In this document: piece after piece, positions 27,348 through 34,801 of the stretch
How the letters are laid out: the number at the start of each line of letters is the position of its first letter
How positions within the stretch are numbered: position 1 is the stretch's first letter
Assembly (NCBI GenBank): GCA_964401855.1
Contig: CAYOAF010000133.1
Location: forward strand, 1 to 34,801
Origin: an uncultured Dehalococcoidia bacterium
Lineage (GTDB): Bacteria; Chloroflexota; Dehalococcoidia; Lucifugimonadales; UBA3495
Length of the DNA: 34,801 bases
Direction of reading: 5' to 3'
The notes under the pieces: generated by a model
What the model saw: only the letters and a program-made list of their open reading frames with translations
Told to the model about the DNA's origin: nothing
Database searches by the model: none
Made by a program: the position numbers and the translations under genes

Positions 27348-28385
27348 TTAACCCATCCGCCGGAGTTTCGGGTCCAGCGTGTCTCTCAGCCAATCGCCAA
27401 AGTAGTTGAACGCCATCACCACCGCCGTGATGACCAGACCCGGGAACAACGCCAACCACCACATGTCGATCAGAACGTCCCGGCCCTCGGCGACCATCAG
27501 GCCCCAGGCTGCCGCTCCGGGTTCCAAGCCCAGACCCAAGAAGCTGAGGGAAGCCTCAAGGAGGATTGTCTGGCCTACCAGCAGGGTTGCTATGATGAGC
27601 AGGGTGTTCAGCACGTTGGGGAAGATGTGGCGCCACAGTATCACCGGCCCTGACACGCCGGTAATTCTGGCCACCATAACAAAGTCTCGGTTCCTGACAT
27701 TCAACACCTCACCGCGAATCATGCGGGAAAACCGGGCCCACACAGTCACCATAATGGCCAGAATTATGTTCAAGACGCCTGCGCCCAGAATGGTCACAAT
27801 GATCATTGCGGCCAGGATAGTGGGAAAGCCCATGGCGGCGTCGGTGATCCGCATGATGGTGGTGTCGACCAAGCCACCTTTGTATCCGGCGATCAAGCCC
27901 AAGACAGTCCCGATAACGGCCCCGGCGCCCAGAGCCACTAGGCTAATGGTAGCCGAGGTTCTAGCGCCGTAGACCAGCCGGCTCAGCATGTCCCGCCCCA
28001 ACCGGTCGGTGCCCAAGGGAAACGTAAAGGTACCCCCCTGCTTCTTGACAACGCTGACCTCGTCGCCAATCTGAGCATTGCTATCGATTTTCTGAGCGTT
28101 TTTGAGGCTTATGAGGACGTTGCCTTTCCCTAACTCGACTTCATCCACCACTGTTTTTGAAACACTCTCGCCGCCGAACATGGCTGGAGGCCGCTTTTTG
28201 TTCTTCAGATCGATGCCATCGGCGCTGGGATCATGGGGAGCGATGAACGGCGCAAATATGGCGCATATCACCACGATTGACATAATGATGATGGGTATCC
28301 AAGGGAGCCGAGCTTGCCTCACCCAGCCCAGAAAAGCCAATACCTTGGTACCCGTTGTGGGTGTTGCCTCTAGTGCGACTGCCAA
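27348..28385 (-). CDS. Peptide/nickel-type ABC transporter permease (OppC/DppC-like) with an insert of about 44 aa in the first loop
   Basis: APHDP, PLGTDRLGRD, the EAA-loop region, EASLSFLGLG and GDWLRDTLDPK. Confidence 0.94.
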   Translation of the reverse strand: MAVALEATPTTGTKVLAFLGWVRQARLPWIPIIIMSIVVICAIFAPFIAPHDPSADGIDLKNKKRPPAMFGGESVSKTVVDEVELGKGNVLISLKNAQKIDSNAQIGDEVSVVKKQGGTFTFPLGTDRLGRDMLSRLVYGARTSATISLVALGAGAVIGTVLGLIAGYKGGLVDTTIMRITDAAMGFPTILAAMIIVTILGAGVLNIILAIMVTVWARFSRMIRGEVLNVRNRDFVMVARITGVSGPVILWRHIFPNVLNTLLIIATLLVGQTILLEASLSFLGLGLEPGAAAWGLMVAEGRDVLIDMWWLALFPGLVITAVVMAFNYFGDWLRDTLDPKLRRMG

Positions 28386-28406
28386 CTGGAACCCTCCGTT
28401 ATTGGT

Positions 28407-29618
28407 TCAGACCTGGACCACGCCTGCCCGAACGAACTCGCCGATCTCCGTCTCACTGTAGCCAAGCTCCTGGAGTACCTCTCCGGTGTGCTCGCCGAGG
28501 AGGGGGGCGTGTGTTCGGGCGGTCATAGGTGTCTCGCTGAGCTTGATGGGTAGACCATAGAATGTGCTGGCGCCCAACTCCGGGTGGTCCAGTTCGAACA
28601 TCAGTTCATTGTCCCGGAGGTGGGTGTCGCCAGTGCATATCTCTTCGAAGTTGCGCACAGGTACGATCCACTGCCCATGCTCGCGAAGCAATGGAATCCA
28701 TTCGTCCCGGGTCTTCTGCAGCATTATGTCCTGGACGATCTCTTTAAGCTCCTCCCGATGGTCCCAGCGCTGGTCACTGCCGTCGAATTTGGGGTCTTCC
28801 AGCAGGTCGGTCCTGCCAGTGCCCTCGCAGAACCCTTTCCAGGGCTCATCCCGCCAGGTGGAGATGGCCACCTCTTTGCCGTCCTTGGTACGCCAGACGC
28901 CGTAGGGTGGGGTCGAGTGGGTTGACCCCGTCTCGGCCTTGGGGGAAATCAAGTGGTTTCCCATATAGAAGGCCACTTGCTGCGGAAAAAGGCCGAGAAG
29001 GCAGGCGAAGAGGGAGGTCTTGACCTCCTGTCCCATGCCGGTGTCGTGCCGCGCGTAAAGGGCGGCCAAGACGCCAAAGGCGGTCTGGATACCCGTCACC
29101 GCGTCGGCGATCGCTTCGCCCGCCGGCACGGAGGTCCGGTCCTTGTAGCCGGTGATGCTCATGAGGCCGGTCATGGCCTGAATCTGCAGGTCCTGGCCGG
29201 GCAGGTCCTTGTAAGGCCCCTTGTCCCCGAAACCGGATATCGAGGCGTAAACGAGCCTGGGGTTGATCCGCCGCAACTCTTCGTAGCTAAGGCCCAGCTT
29301 CTTGACGGTCGTCGCCCGGAGGTTTACCAGAAACACGTCGGCCTGTTCCACCAGCTTGTAGATGATGCCGCGCCCTGCTTCGGTGGACAGGTTAACGGAG
29401 ATGCCGCGTTTGTTCCGGTTCACCGCAAGGAAGCCGTAGCCGATCTTGCCGTCTTTCATAATTGACGGGGCGGAATGTCGTGACCGGTCGCCCTGGCCGG
29501 TGGCCTCGACCTTGATGACGTCGGCGCCCATGTCGCCAAGCCACTGGGCACAATAAGGGCCGGCCAACATATGGGTAATGTCCACCACCTTGATCCCGTC
29601 CAAGAGTCCGTTACTCAT
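28407..29618 (-). CDS. CaiB/BaiF family III CoA-transferase
   Basis: LAGPYC..LGDMGADVIKVE, NRNKR, a catalytic-Asp region AIAD, and PLLGEHT. ATG 29618 after GGAGG. Confidence 0.95.
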   Translation of the reverse strand: MSNGLLDGIKVVDITHMLAGPYCAQWLGDMGADVIKVEATGQGDRSRHSAPSIMKDGKIGYGFLAVNRNKRGISVNLSTEAGRGIIYKLVEQADVFLVNLRATTVKKLGLSYEELRRINPRLVYASISGFGDKGPYKDLPGQDLQIQAMTGLMSITGYKDRTSVPAGEAIADAVTGIQTAFGVLAALYARHDTGMGQEVKTSLFACLLGLFPQQVAFYMGNHLISPKAETGSTHSTPPYGVWRTKDGKEVAISTWRDEPWKGFCEGTGRTDLLEDPKFDGSDQRWDHREELKEIVQDIMLQKTRDEWIPLLREHGQWIVPVRNFEEICTGDTHLRDNELMFELDHPELGASTFYGLPIKLSETPMTARTHAPLLGEHTGEVLQELGYSETEIGEFVRAGVVQV

Positions 29619-29675
29619 GTTCTTGGTTGCCTCCGGGCTGGGGGGAACGCTGGTCACCCCAAAGCCGTCAATCCT

Positions 29676-30848
29676 CTAGTAACCGGGGAACCAATAGCCC
29701 CGGGTTATGTTTCGGGCAATCACCGCCCGGTGGACCTCGTTGGGACCGTCGACGATGCGGTCCGCCCGGGCGCCGCGATATATCCGCTCCAGCGGGAGGT
29801 CCGTGGAGATGCCGATGCCCCCGTGGATCTGAATGGCCCGGTCCGACACCTGCTCCAGGGTCTCCGAGCCAAAGACCTTCAGCATCGCGATCTCGGTTCT
29901 GGCGTCCAGCTTCTGGTCGAGTTTCGACGCGGCGTGGTAGCCCATCCAGCGGAGGCTCTCGATGCCAATGGCGGAATCGGCGAGCATCCACTGGACCGCC
30001 TGCCGGTCTGCCAGGGTCCTCCCGAAGGTAACCCGGCTGGTGGCGTAGTCCCGGGCCATCGTGAGACACCTTTCGGCGAGGGCCACATTGCGGGGGCCGA
30101 AGACGAGCCGCACCGCGCCCAGGGAGCTTTGCAGTATCTCCCAGCCCTTGCCCAGCTCCCCAAGGATTTTATCCGCCGGCACCTCCACGTTCTCCAGAGA
30201 CACCTCACAGGGCTGGTCGCCAAAGACGCCCGTGGGCAATCCCATTACCGGGATATGCCGCTCCACTTTGAATCCGGGCAGGTCGGTGTCCACCAAGAAG
30301 CAGGTGATCCCTTCTCTCCCCTCGGCGCCCCGCATCCGGGCGTACATCAGGAGGAAGTCGGACTCGTCCGCACCGGAGATGTAGGTCTTGCGGCCGTTGA
30401 TGACGTATTTCCCGTTCCGGAACTCAGCGTAGGTCTCTATCATCGACGGGTCGGACCCGGTTATGGGCTCGGTAATACCCGCATGGGCCAGCTTCAGTCC
30501 CCAGAGTGCGGGGATCAGATACTCTTCCTTCTGCTCCGCGGTACACAGGGCAAGTCCTTCGTAGACCGGCCGGCCGAAGGCGCAGTAGCCCACCAGGGTG
30601 GCGTGAATCTCCTCCTGCACCGCGACCCGCCCCACGAAATCTACCCCCGGCCCTCCGTACTCTTTGGGCACGTACAGGCCCCCGAGGCCGGCGTCCTTCA
30701 CCTTCTGGAACAGCTCGGCTCGTTTCTCTTGAGGGAGGAAGACTTCATCATAGTCGTACTCGCGCTCCAGGGGCAGCAACTCTCTATCGACGAACTGCTT
30801 CACTGCACCCCGCATCATGAGTACTTCTTCGGATAGCCCAAAGTCCAT
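29676..30848 (-). CDS. Acyl-CoA dehydrogenase family protein (paralog 2)
   Basis: ITEP..GSD, INGRK.YIS, R.TFG..LA..Q.VQ and AIQIHGG.G....PL...YR.AR..RI.DG..EV. Confidence 0.96.
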   Translation of the reverse strand: MDFGLSEEVLMMRGAVKQFVDRELLPLEREYDYDEVFLPQEKRAELFQKVKDAGLGGLYVPKEYGGPGVDFVGRVAVQEEIHATLVGYCAFGRPVYEGLALCTAEQKEEYLIPALWGLKLAHAGITEPITGSDPSMIETYAEFRNGKYVINGRKTYISGADESDFLLMYARMRGAEGREGITCFLVDTDLPGFKVERHIPVMGLPTGVFGDQPCEVSLENVEVPADKILGELGKGWEILQSSLGAVRLVFGPRNVALAERCLTMARDYATSRVTFGRTLADRQAVQWMLADSAIGIESLRWMGYHAASKLDQKLDARTEIAMLKVFGSETLEQVSDRAIQIHGGIGISTDLPLERIYRGARADRIVDGPNEVHRAVIARNITRGYWFPGY

Positions 30849-30877
30849 GGCCGTGTCTCCGCGACCTCCCTATTATT

Positions 30878-30906
30878 CCCGCCGGGGCTCCGCTAGCCCC
30901 GGTGGG
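30878..30906. other. Intergenic stem-loop between the two ACAD genes
   Basis: CCCGCCGGGGCT-CCGCT-AGCCCCGGTGGG with no U-tract. Confidence 0.5.
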
Positions 30907-30913
30907 TACGTTT

Positions 30914-32086
30914 CTAGTAACCGGGGAACCAATACCCCTTGGTGAGGTTACGAGCAATCACAACCCGGTGGACCTCGTTGGGACCGTCGACGATGCGGTC
31001 CGCGCGAGCCCCCCGGTATATCTGTTCCAGCGGCAAATCCTTGGAGATGCCAATGGCCCCGTGGATCTGAATGGCCCGGTCCGACACCTTCTCCAGGGTC
31101 TCCGAGCCGTGGACCTTCAACATGGCGATCTCAGTCCTCGCGTCCAGGCCCTGGTCCAGCTTCCACGCGGAGTGGTAGCTCATCCAGCGCAGGCTCTCGA
31201 TGGCGATGGCGGAATCGGCGAGCATCCACTGGACCGCCTGCCGGTCCGCCAGGGTCCTGCCGAAGGTGGTCCGGCTGGTGGCGTAGTCCCGGGCCATACT
31301 GAGACACCTTTCGGCGAGGGCCACGGTGCGAGGGCCGAAGCCCAGCCTGACGCCGCCCAGGGAACTCTGAAGCACGGCCCAGCCTTTGCCCGGCTCCCCG
31401 AGGATGTTTTCCGCCGGCACCTCCACGTTTTCCAGGGACACCTCGCACGGTATATCGCCCCCGGAGCCGGTGGGGACCCCCAGTGTCTGGATCTGCCGCT
31501 CTACGTTGAAGCCGGGAAGGTCTGTGTCCATCAGGAAGCAGGTGACGCCATCCCGTCCCTCCACACCCTTCAGGCGGGCGTAAAACAAGAGGAAATCCGC
31601 CTTGTCCGCGCCGCTGATATAGATCTTGCGGCCGTTGATAACGTACTTCCCGTCCCGCTCCTCGGCGTAAGTCATCATCATTGACGGGTCGGCTCCGGAT
31701 ATGGGCTCGGTAATGCCGGCGCAAGCCTTCTTCTTTCCCCATAGAGCGGGAATAAGATACTCTTCCGTCTGCTCCGCGTTGCACCGGTAAAGCCCCTCGT
31801 AGACCGGCTTGCCGAAGGCGGTGTAGCCCACCAGGGTGGAGTGGATCTCCTCCTGCATTGCGACTTGCCCCACGAACCCGATGCCGGGCCCTCCGTATTC
31901 TTTGGGCACGTACATGCCGTAGAGGCCGGCGTCCTTGACCTTTTGGGTCAGATCAGCGCGTCTCTCGTCGGGGAGGAAGATCTCATCGAAATTGTACTCG
32001 CGCTCCAGGGGCAGCAGCTCTTGGTCGACGAATTGCCTGACCGCCCCCCGCATCATCGTGACTTCTTCTGAAAGCTCAAAGTTCAT
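30914..32086 (-). CDS. Acyl-CoA dehydrogenase family protein (paralog 1)
   Basis: Same motifs as 29676-30848, identical length (390 aa) and the same GYWFPGY C-terminus. Confidence 0.96.
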   Translation of the reverse strand: MNFELSEEVTMMRGAVRQFVDQELLPLEREYNFDEIFLPDERRADLTQKVKDAGLYGMYVPKEYGGPGIGFVGQVAMQEEIHSTLVGYTAFGKPVYEGLYRCNAEQTEEYLIPALWGKKKACAGITEPISGADPSMMMTYAEERDGKYVINGRKIYISGADKADFLLFYARLKGVEGRDGVTCFLMDTDLPGFNVERQIQTLGVPTGSGGDIPCEVSLENVEVPAENILGEPGKGWAVLQSSLGGVRLGFGPRTVALAERCLSMARDYATSRTTFGRTLADRQAVQWMLADSAIAIESLRWMSYHSAWKLDQGLDARTEIAMLKVHGSETLEKVSDRAIQIHGAIGISKDLPLEQIYRGARADRIVDGPNEVHRVVIARNLTKGYWFPGY

Positions 32087-32127
32087 GGTTTTCTTCCTTG
32101 TTTCGCTGTGATTCTGGCCGGGTCTTC

Positions 32128-33870
32128 TTAGCCCCAGCGTGCGTGCCGCATGTCTCCTTCCCGGTCCTTCCAGCCGGGGTCGAAGGCAAGCTTGTCCAGC
32201 TTCATGCTCCCATTATCTTTCTTGACGGCAATCGAGTGGAGCCAGTTGGTGTCGTCCCGCTCGGTATAGTCCATGCGATTGTGACCGCCGCGGCTTTCAG
32301 TGCGCATCGAGGCTGCTCTGGTGGATATCTCCGCCACGGTGAGCATGTTCTCGATCTCCAGCGCTTCCACCATCCCAAGGGGGCCTTCCACGGACAGCTT
32401 CGGCAGGCTCTCCTCGCGGATGCGGGCGGCCATCTGGAGCACCCGGTCGAAGCCCTCGGGCGTCCGGACCACCAGCATGTCTTCCCACATTCCCTGCTGT
32501 ATCTCTTTCTTGACCTTTCGGACCGAGATGCTGCCCTTCTGACTCTTCAGGCGGGAAACGCGCTCCTGGGTCTGGCCGGTGACGTTGGAAGGCACATTGG
32601 AGATGCCCTGGGACTGAGCGTACCGGGCTGCGTGACGGCCGGACCTGGCGCCGAAGACCTGGCCGCTGGCCAGCATGTGGCCGCCGAGCCGGTCCGCGCC
32701 GTGGTCGCCGGCGGCGGCCTCGCCGCCCCCGGCGTACAGCCCCGGAATGTTGGAAAGCCCATTTTCGTCGATCACCAGGCCGCCACCGGCGCAATGCCGA
32801 CCGGTGAGAATCTCCAGGGGCCGCTCATCGGGGTAGATGACCTGTTGGTTCAGCCAGGACTCGGCGTATTGATCCCGGAGGGACACGGCAGCCTCAGTCA
32901 GGTCGAGAAACACGCCACCGTTGGGGCCGGCCCGGCCCGCGATTATTTCCTTGGTAGTGGCGATGTCGAAGTATTTCCCGCAGTCCCTGGTGGTGAAGGG
33001 GTTGTATTCAGCCCGGGTCTCGAGCACTTCCTGGGCCGTCACCCCTTCCGGCAGGTAGCGGGACAGGAACTCCTCGCCCCGGCCGTTGGTGAGCTTTGCC
33101 CCCGGCGACCTAAGCAATCCGGTATTGGGGTGTCCCTTTCCGGGGAGGGCGATCAGGAAGAACTGGCCGAACTCCATGTTGGTCAAGGTGGCCCCCGCCC
33201 GATAGGCCATGGCGTGGCCGTCGCCAGTGACGCAGGGCGGGTGGAAGTTGTACTGGTACAGGGCTTCATCGCCCCCGGTTGCCAGGATAACCGCTCCGGC
33301 CTTGATCACCATGCTGTTGCCCTGGAAATCCACCCCTGTTGCGCCCACGCAACGGCCCTGGTGGATGAGCAGATCGGCCACCATGATCTCTTCGAGGATT
33401 TGGACCCCGTTCTCTTGCAGGAGCCTGTTGAACAGCGCGATAAGGGGGACACCGTGGTGCAGCAGCCACCTGCCATGGAACTTGATGCCCCACTCCTGGA
33501 GTTTGTAGCGGTGAGACATCGCGTCCTGGACCAGCGTGTGGACCAGTTTGGGGTCGGCCATCCCGAGCCCGGCCTGGATGATGTTCCGGTAGTCGCCCTC
33601 AATCAGGTCCTCAACCGTGGACTTGCTGGCGTCCAGCCAGGGCACCAGGTGAGCGGCGCCGGTCTCTGGGTCCAGGAAGAAGCCGCCCCAATCGGATTGC
33701 CCCGAGTTGGTGGCCCCGGCGCCCCGCATGGCCATCGCGTTGTGCAGGCCTTTCACCGCCAGGATGACCTGGGCGCCCGCCAATCTGGCTTCGAGGGCCG
33801 CCCGAGAGCCCGCGCCGCCGCCGCCGACGACCAGTACGCCAGTCTCCAAGACGTCAGGTTGTGTAGCCAT
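32128..33870 (-). CDS. FAD-binding oxidoreductase of the SdhA/FrdA/NadB/AprA superfamily
   Basis: VVGGGGAG, ILATGG, TGDGHAMAYRAGA, HGADRLGG and RTESRGGH. ATG 33870 after AGGAG. Confidence 0.92.
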   Translation of the reverse strand: MATQPDVLETGVLVVGGGGAGSRAALEARLAGAQVILAVKGLHNAMAMRGAGATNSGQSDWGGFFLDPETGAAHLVPWLDASKSTVEDLIEGDYRNIIQAGLGMADPKLVHTLVQDAMSHRYKLQEWGIKFHGRWLLHHGVPLIALFNRLLQENGVQILEEIMVADLLIHQGRCVGATGVDFQGNSMVIKAGAVILATGGDEALYQYNFHPPCVTGDGHAMAYRAGATLTNMEFGQFFLIALPGKGHPNTGLLRSPGAKLTNGRGEEFLSRYLPEGVTAQEVLETRAEYNPFTTRDCGKYFDIATTKEIIAGRAGPNGGVFLDLTEAAVSLRDQYAESWLNQQVIYPDERPLEILTGRHCAGGGLVIDENGLSNIPGLYAGGGEAAAGDHGADRLGGHMLASGQVFGARSGRHAARYAQSQGISNVPSNVTGQTQERVSRLKSQKGSISVRKVKKEIQQGMWEDMLVVRTPEGFDRVLQMAARIREESLPKLSVEGPLGMVEALEIENMLTVAEISTRAASMRTESRGGHNRMDYTERDDTNWLHSIAVKKDNGSMKLDKLAFDPGWKDREGDMRHARWG

Positions 33871-33908
33871 TGCCGATCTCCTGAACGGGTCCCCGCGTTG
33901 TAGCCAGC

Positions 33909-34801
33909 CTAGGTTGCCCGCGACGGCAGGGATAGGGTGGCGGTCCCCGGAGATAGGGTCTCCCCTCTCTGGTTCTCCGTCCACATGTCAACGTCAACCA
34001 GGTACAGGCCGTCCTCCTGGTACATTCGCACAACCTTTCCCTGGCAGGTGATGATATCGCCGCGGCCGTTGTTGGCCCGGTATTGGACACCGAACTTGCG
34101 GATGTCCCCGGACTCTCCGATCCACTGCCGAAGCATGTTGTGGAGGTAGGCGAATTGGAGCAGCCCCATCCCATCCACGTCTTTCTGCCCCCGGCTATTG
34201 GCGATGTCCGGGTCCTGGTGGTGGTACACGTATTCATCGTTGACCGCCGCGTAGCGGTTGAAGTTCATCAGGTCAGTGTATCGCCGGAATATGGGCAGGG
34301 CGCCGCCTTCCTCGATCTGGTCGAAGGACACGCCCTGGGGATCGTACACCATCGGGCTGGCCCATTCTTGATGCGGGTTGCCGGTGGGGACTACCTTGAT
34401 CTGCTCCAAGCCCTGGGAGGGGGCGTCCGGCCGGTCGAAGATGAACACCCGCAGGTGCCGCAGCAGCTTCACCAGCTCATTGTTCTGGTTGGTCAACCGC
34501 GCTTCGTTCAGGCCGAATAGCAGTATGCCGGAGCGGCCCGTCTTCTCGTAGACGTCTACCAGCTCGCTGGTGCCGGTTATGACGTCGCCCATCCGTATGG
34601 GCGCATGATACTCAGCCTCGTTTCCGGCGCTGAAGCTCCTTACCGCGAAGCCCTCTTGGGACCTCGGGTCGCGTAGTCCGGCTCCACGATCATCTCCCGC
34701 AATCTGGCCCATATCGGGCCATATCGGGAGGTGGCCGAGCGCCAGGTGGCCGGTATCATCCAACGGCCAAGCGAAGGGGTTGAACTCCGCCGGAGCGACT
34801 A
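33909..34801 (-). CDS. Double hot-dog MaoC/FAS1-type dehydratase (5' end beyond the window)
   Basis: N-terminal domain GNEAEYHAPIRMGDVI...EKTGRSG and a MaoC domain with YAAVNDEYVYHHQD...GMGLL. The frame stays open to the window edge (VAPAEFNPFAWP). Confidence 0.88.
   Translation of the reverse strand, partial: VAPAEFNPFAWPLDDTGHLALGHLPIWPDMGQIAGDDRGAGLRDPRSQEGFAVRSFSAGNEAEYHAPIRMGDVITGTSELVDVYEKTGRSGILLFGLNEARLTNQNNELVKLLRHLRVFIFDRPDAPSQGLEQIKVVPTGNPHQEWASPMVYDPQGVSFDQIEEGGALPIFRRYTDLMNFNRYAAVNDEYVYHHQDPDIANSRGQKDVDGMGLLQFAYLHNMLRQWIGESGDIRKFGVQYRANNGRGDIITCQGKVVRMYQEDGLYLVDVDMWTENQRGETLSPGTATLSLPSRAT

Noticed and set aside
32098-33903. 601-aa + strand ORF, and similar long ORFs at 29571-30836, 6325-7656, 17438-18598 and 5265-6206
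   Set aside because: These are antisense or alternate-frame shadows of well-supported genes. They are expected in high-GC DNA and carry no recognisable motifs.

Overview
This is a GC-rich bacterial window, most consistent with a Chloroflexota/Dehalococcoidia (SAR202-like) genome. That assignment is inferred from the aroKB fusion, the luciferase-like monooxygenase, tandem acyl-CoA dehydrogenases and Pro/Thr-linker surface proteins. From left to right it holds: the end of an IS3-family element and a lower-GC Fic gene; a Ser-less alpha/beta hydrolase; a MITE/REP-like insert; a membrane-anchored Ig-repeat protein; aroKB behind a highly structured leader; a TauE exporter with a small membrane protein; tgt; a thrC-like/NIL/MoaD-ThiS module; nhaA; an MFS transporter; a D-aminoacylase; and a repeat-containing gluzincin lipoprotein. 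It ends in a roughly 16-kb catabolic region: a disrupted amidohydrolase, hydantoinase/oxoprolinase A+B, an LLM, peptide-type ABC genes oppC/D/F, a CaiB CoA-transferase, two paralogous ACADs, an SdhA/NadB-like flavoprotein and a MaoC-type dehydratase cut by the window edge. I saw no tRNA, rRNA or CRISPR array. The best leads are the thrC-NIL-capped sulfur carrier module with its attenuator-like leader, the candidate structured RNA ahead of aroKB, a NusA-NTD-like insert in the OppC loop, a 12-bp-periodic site array at the Fic start, and an unexplained 35-aa repeat in the lipoprotein. All calls come from reading the sequence by eye, with no database searches.
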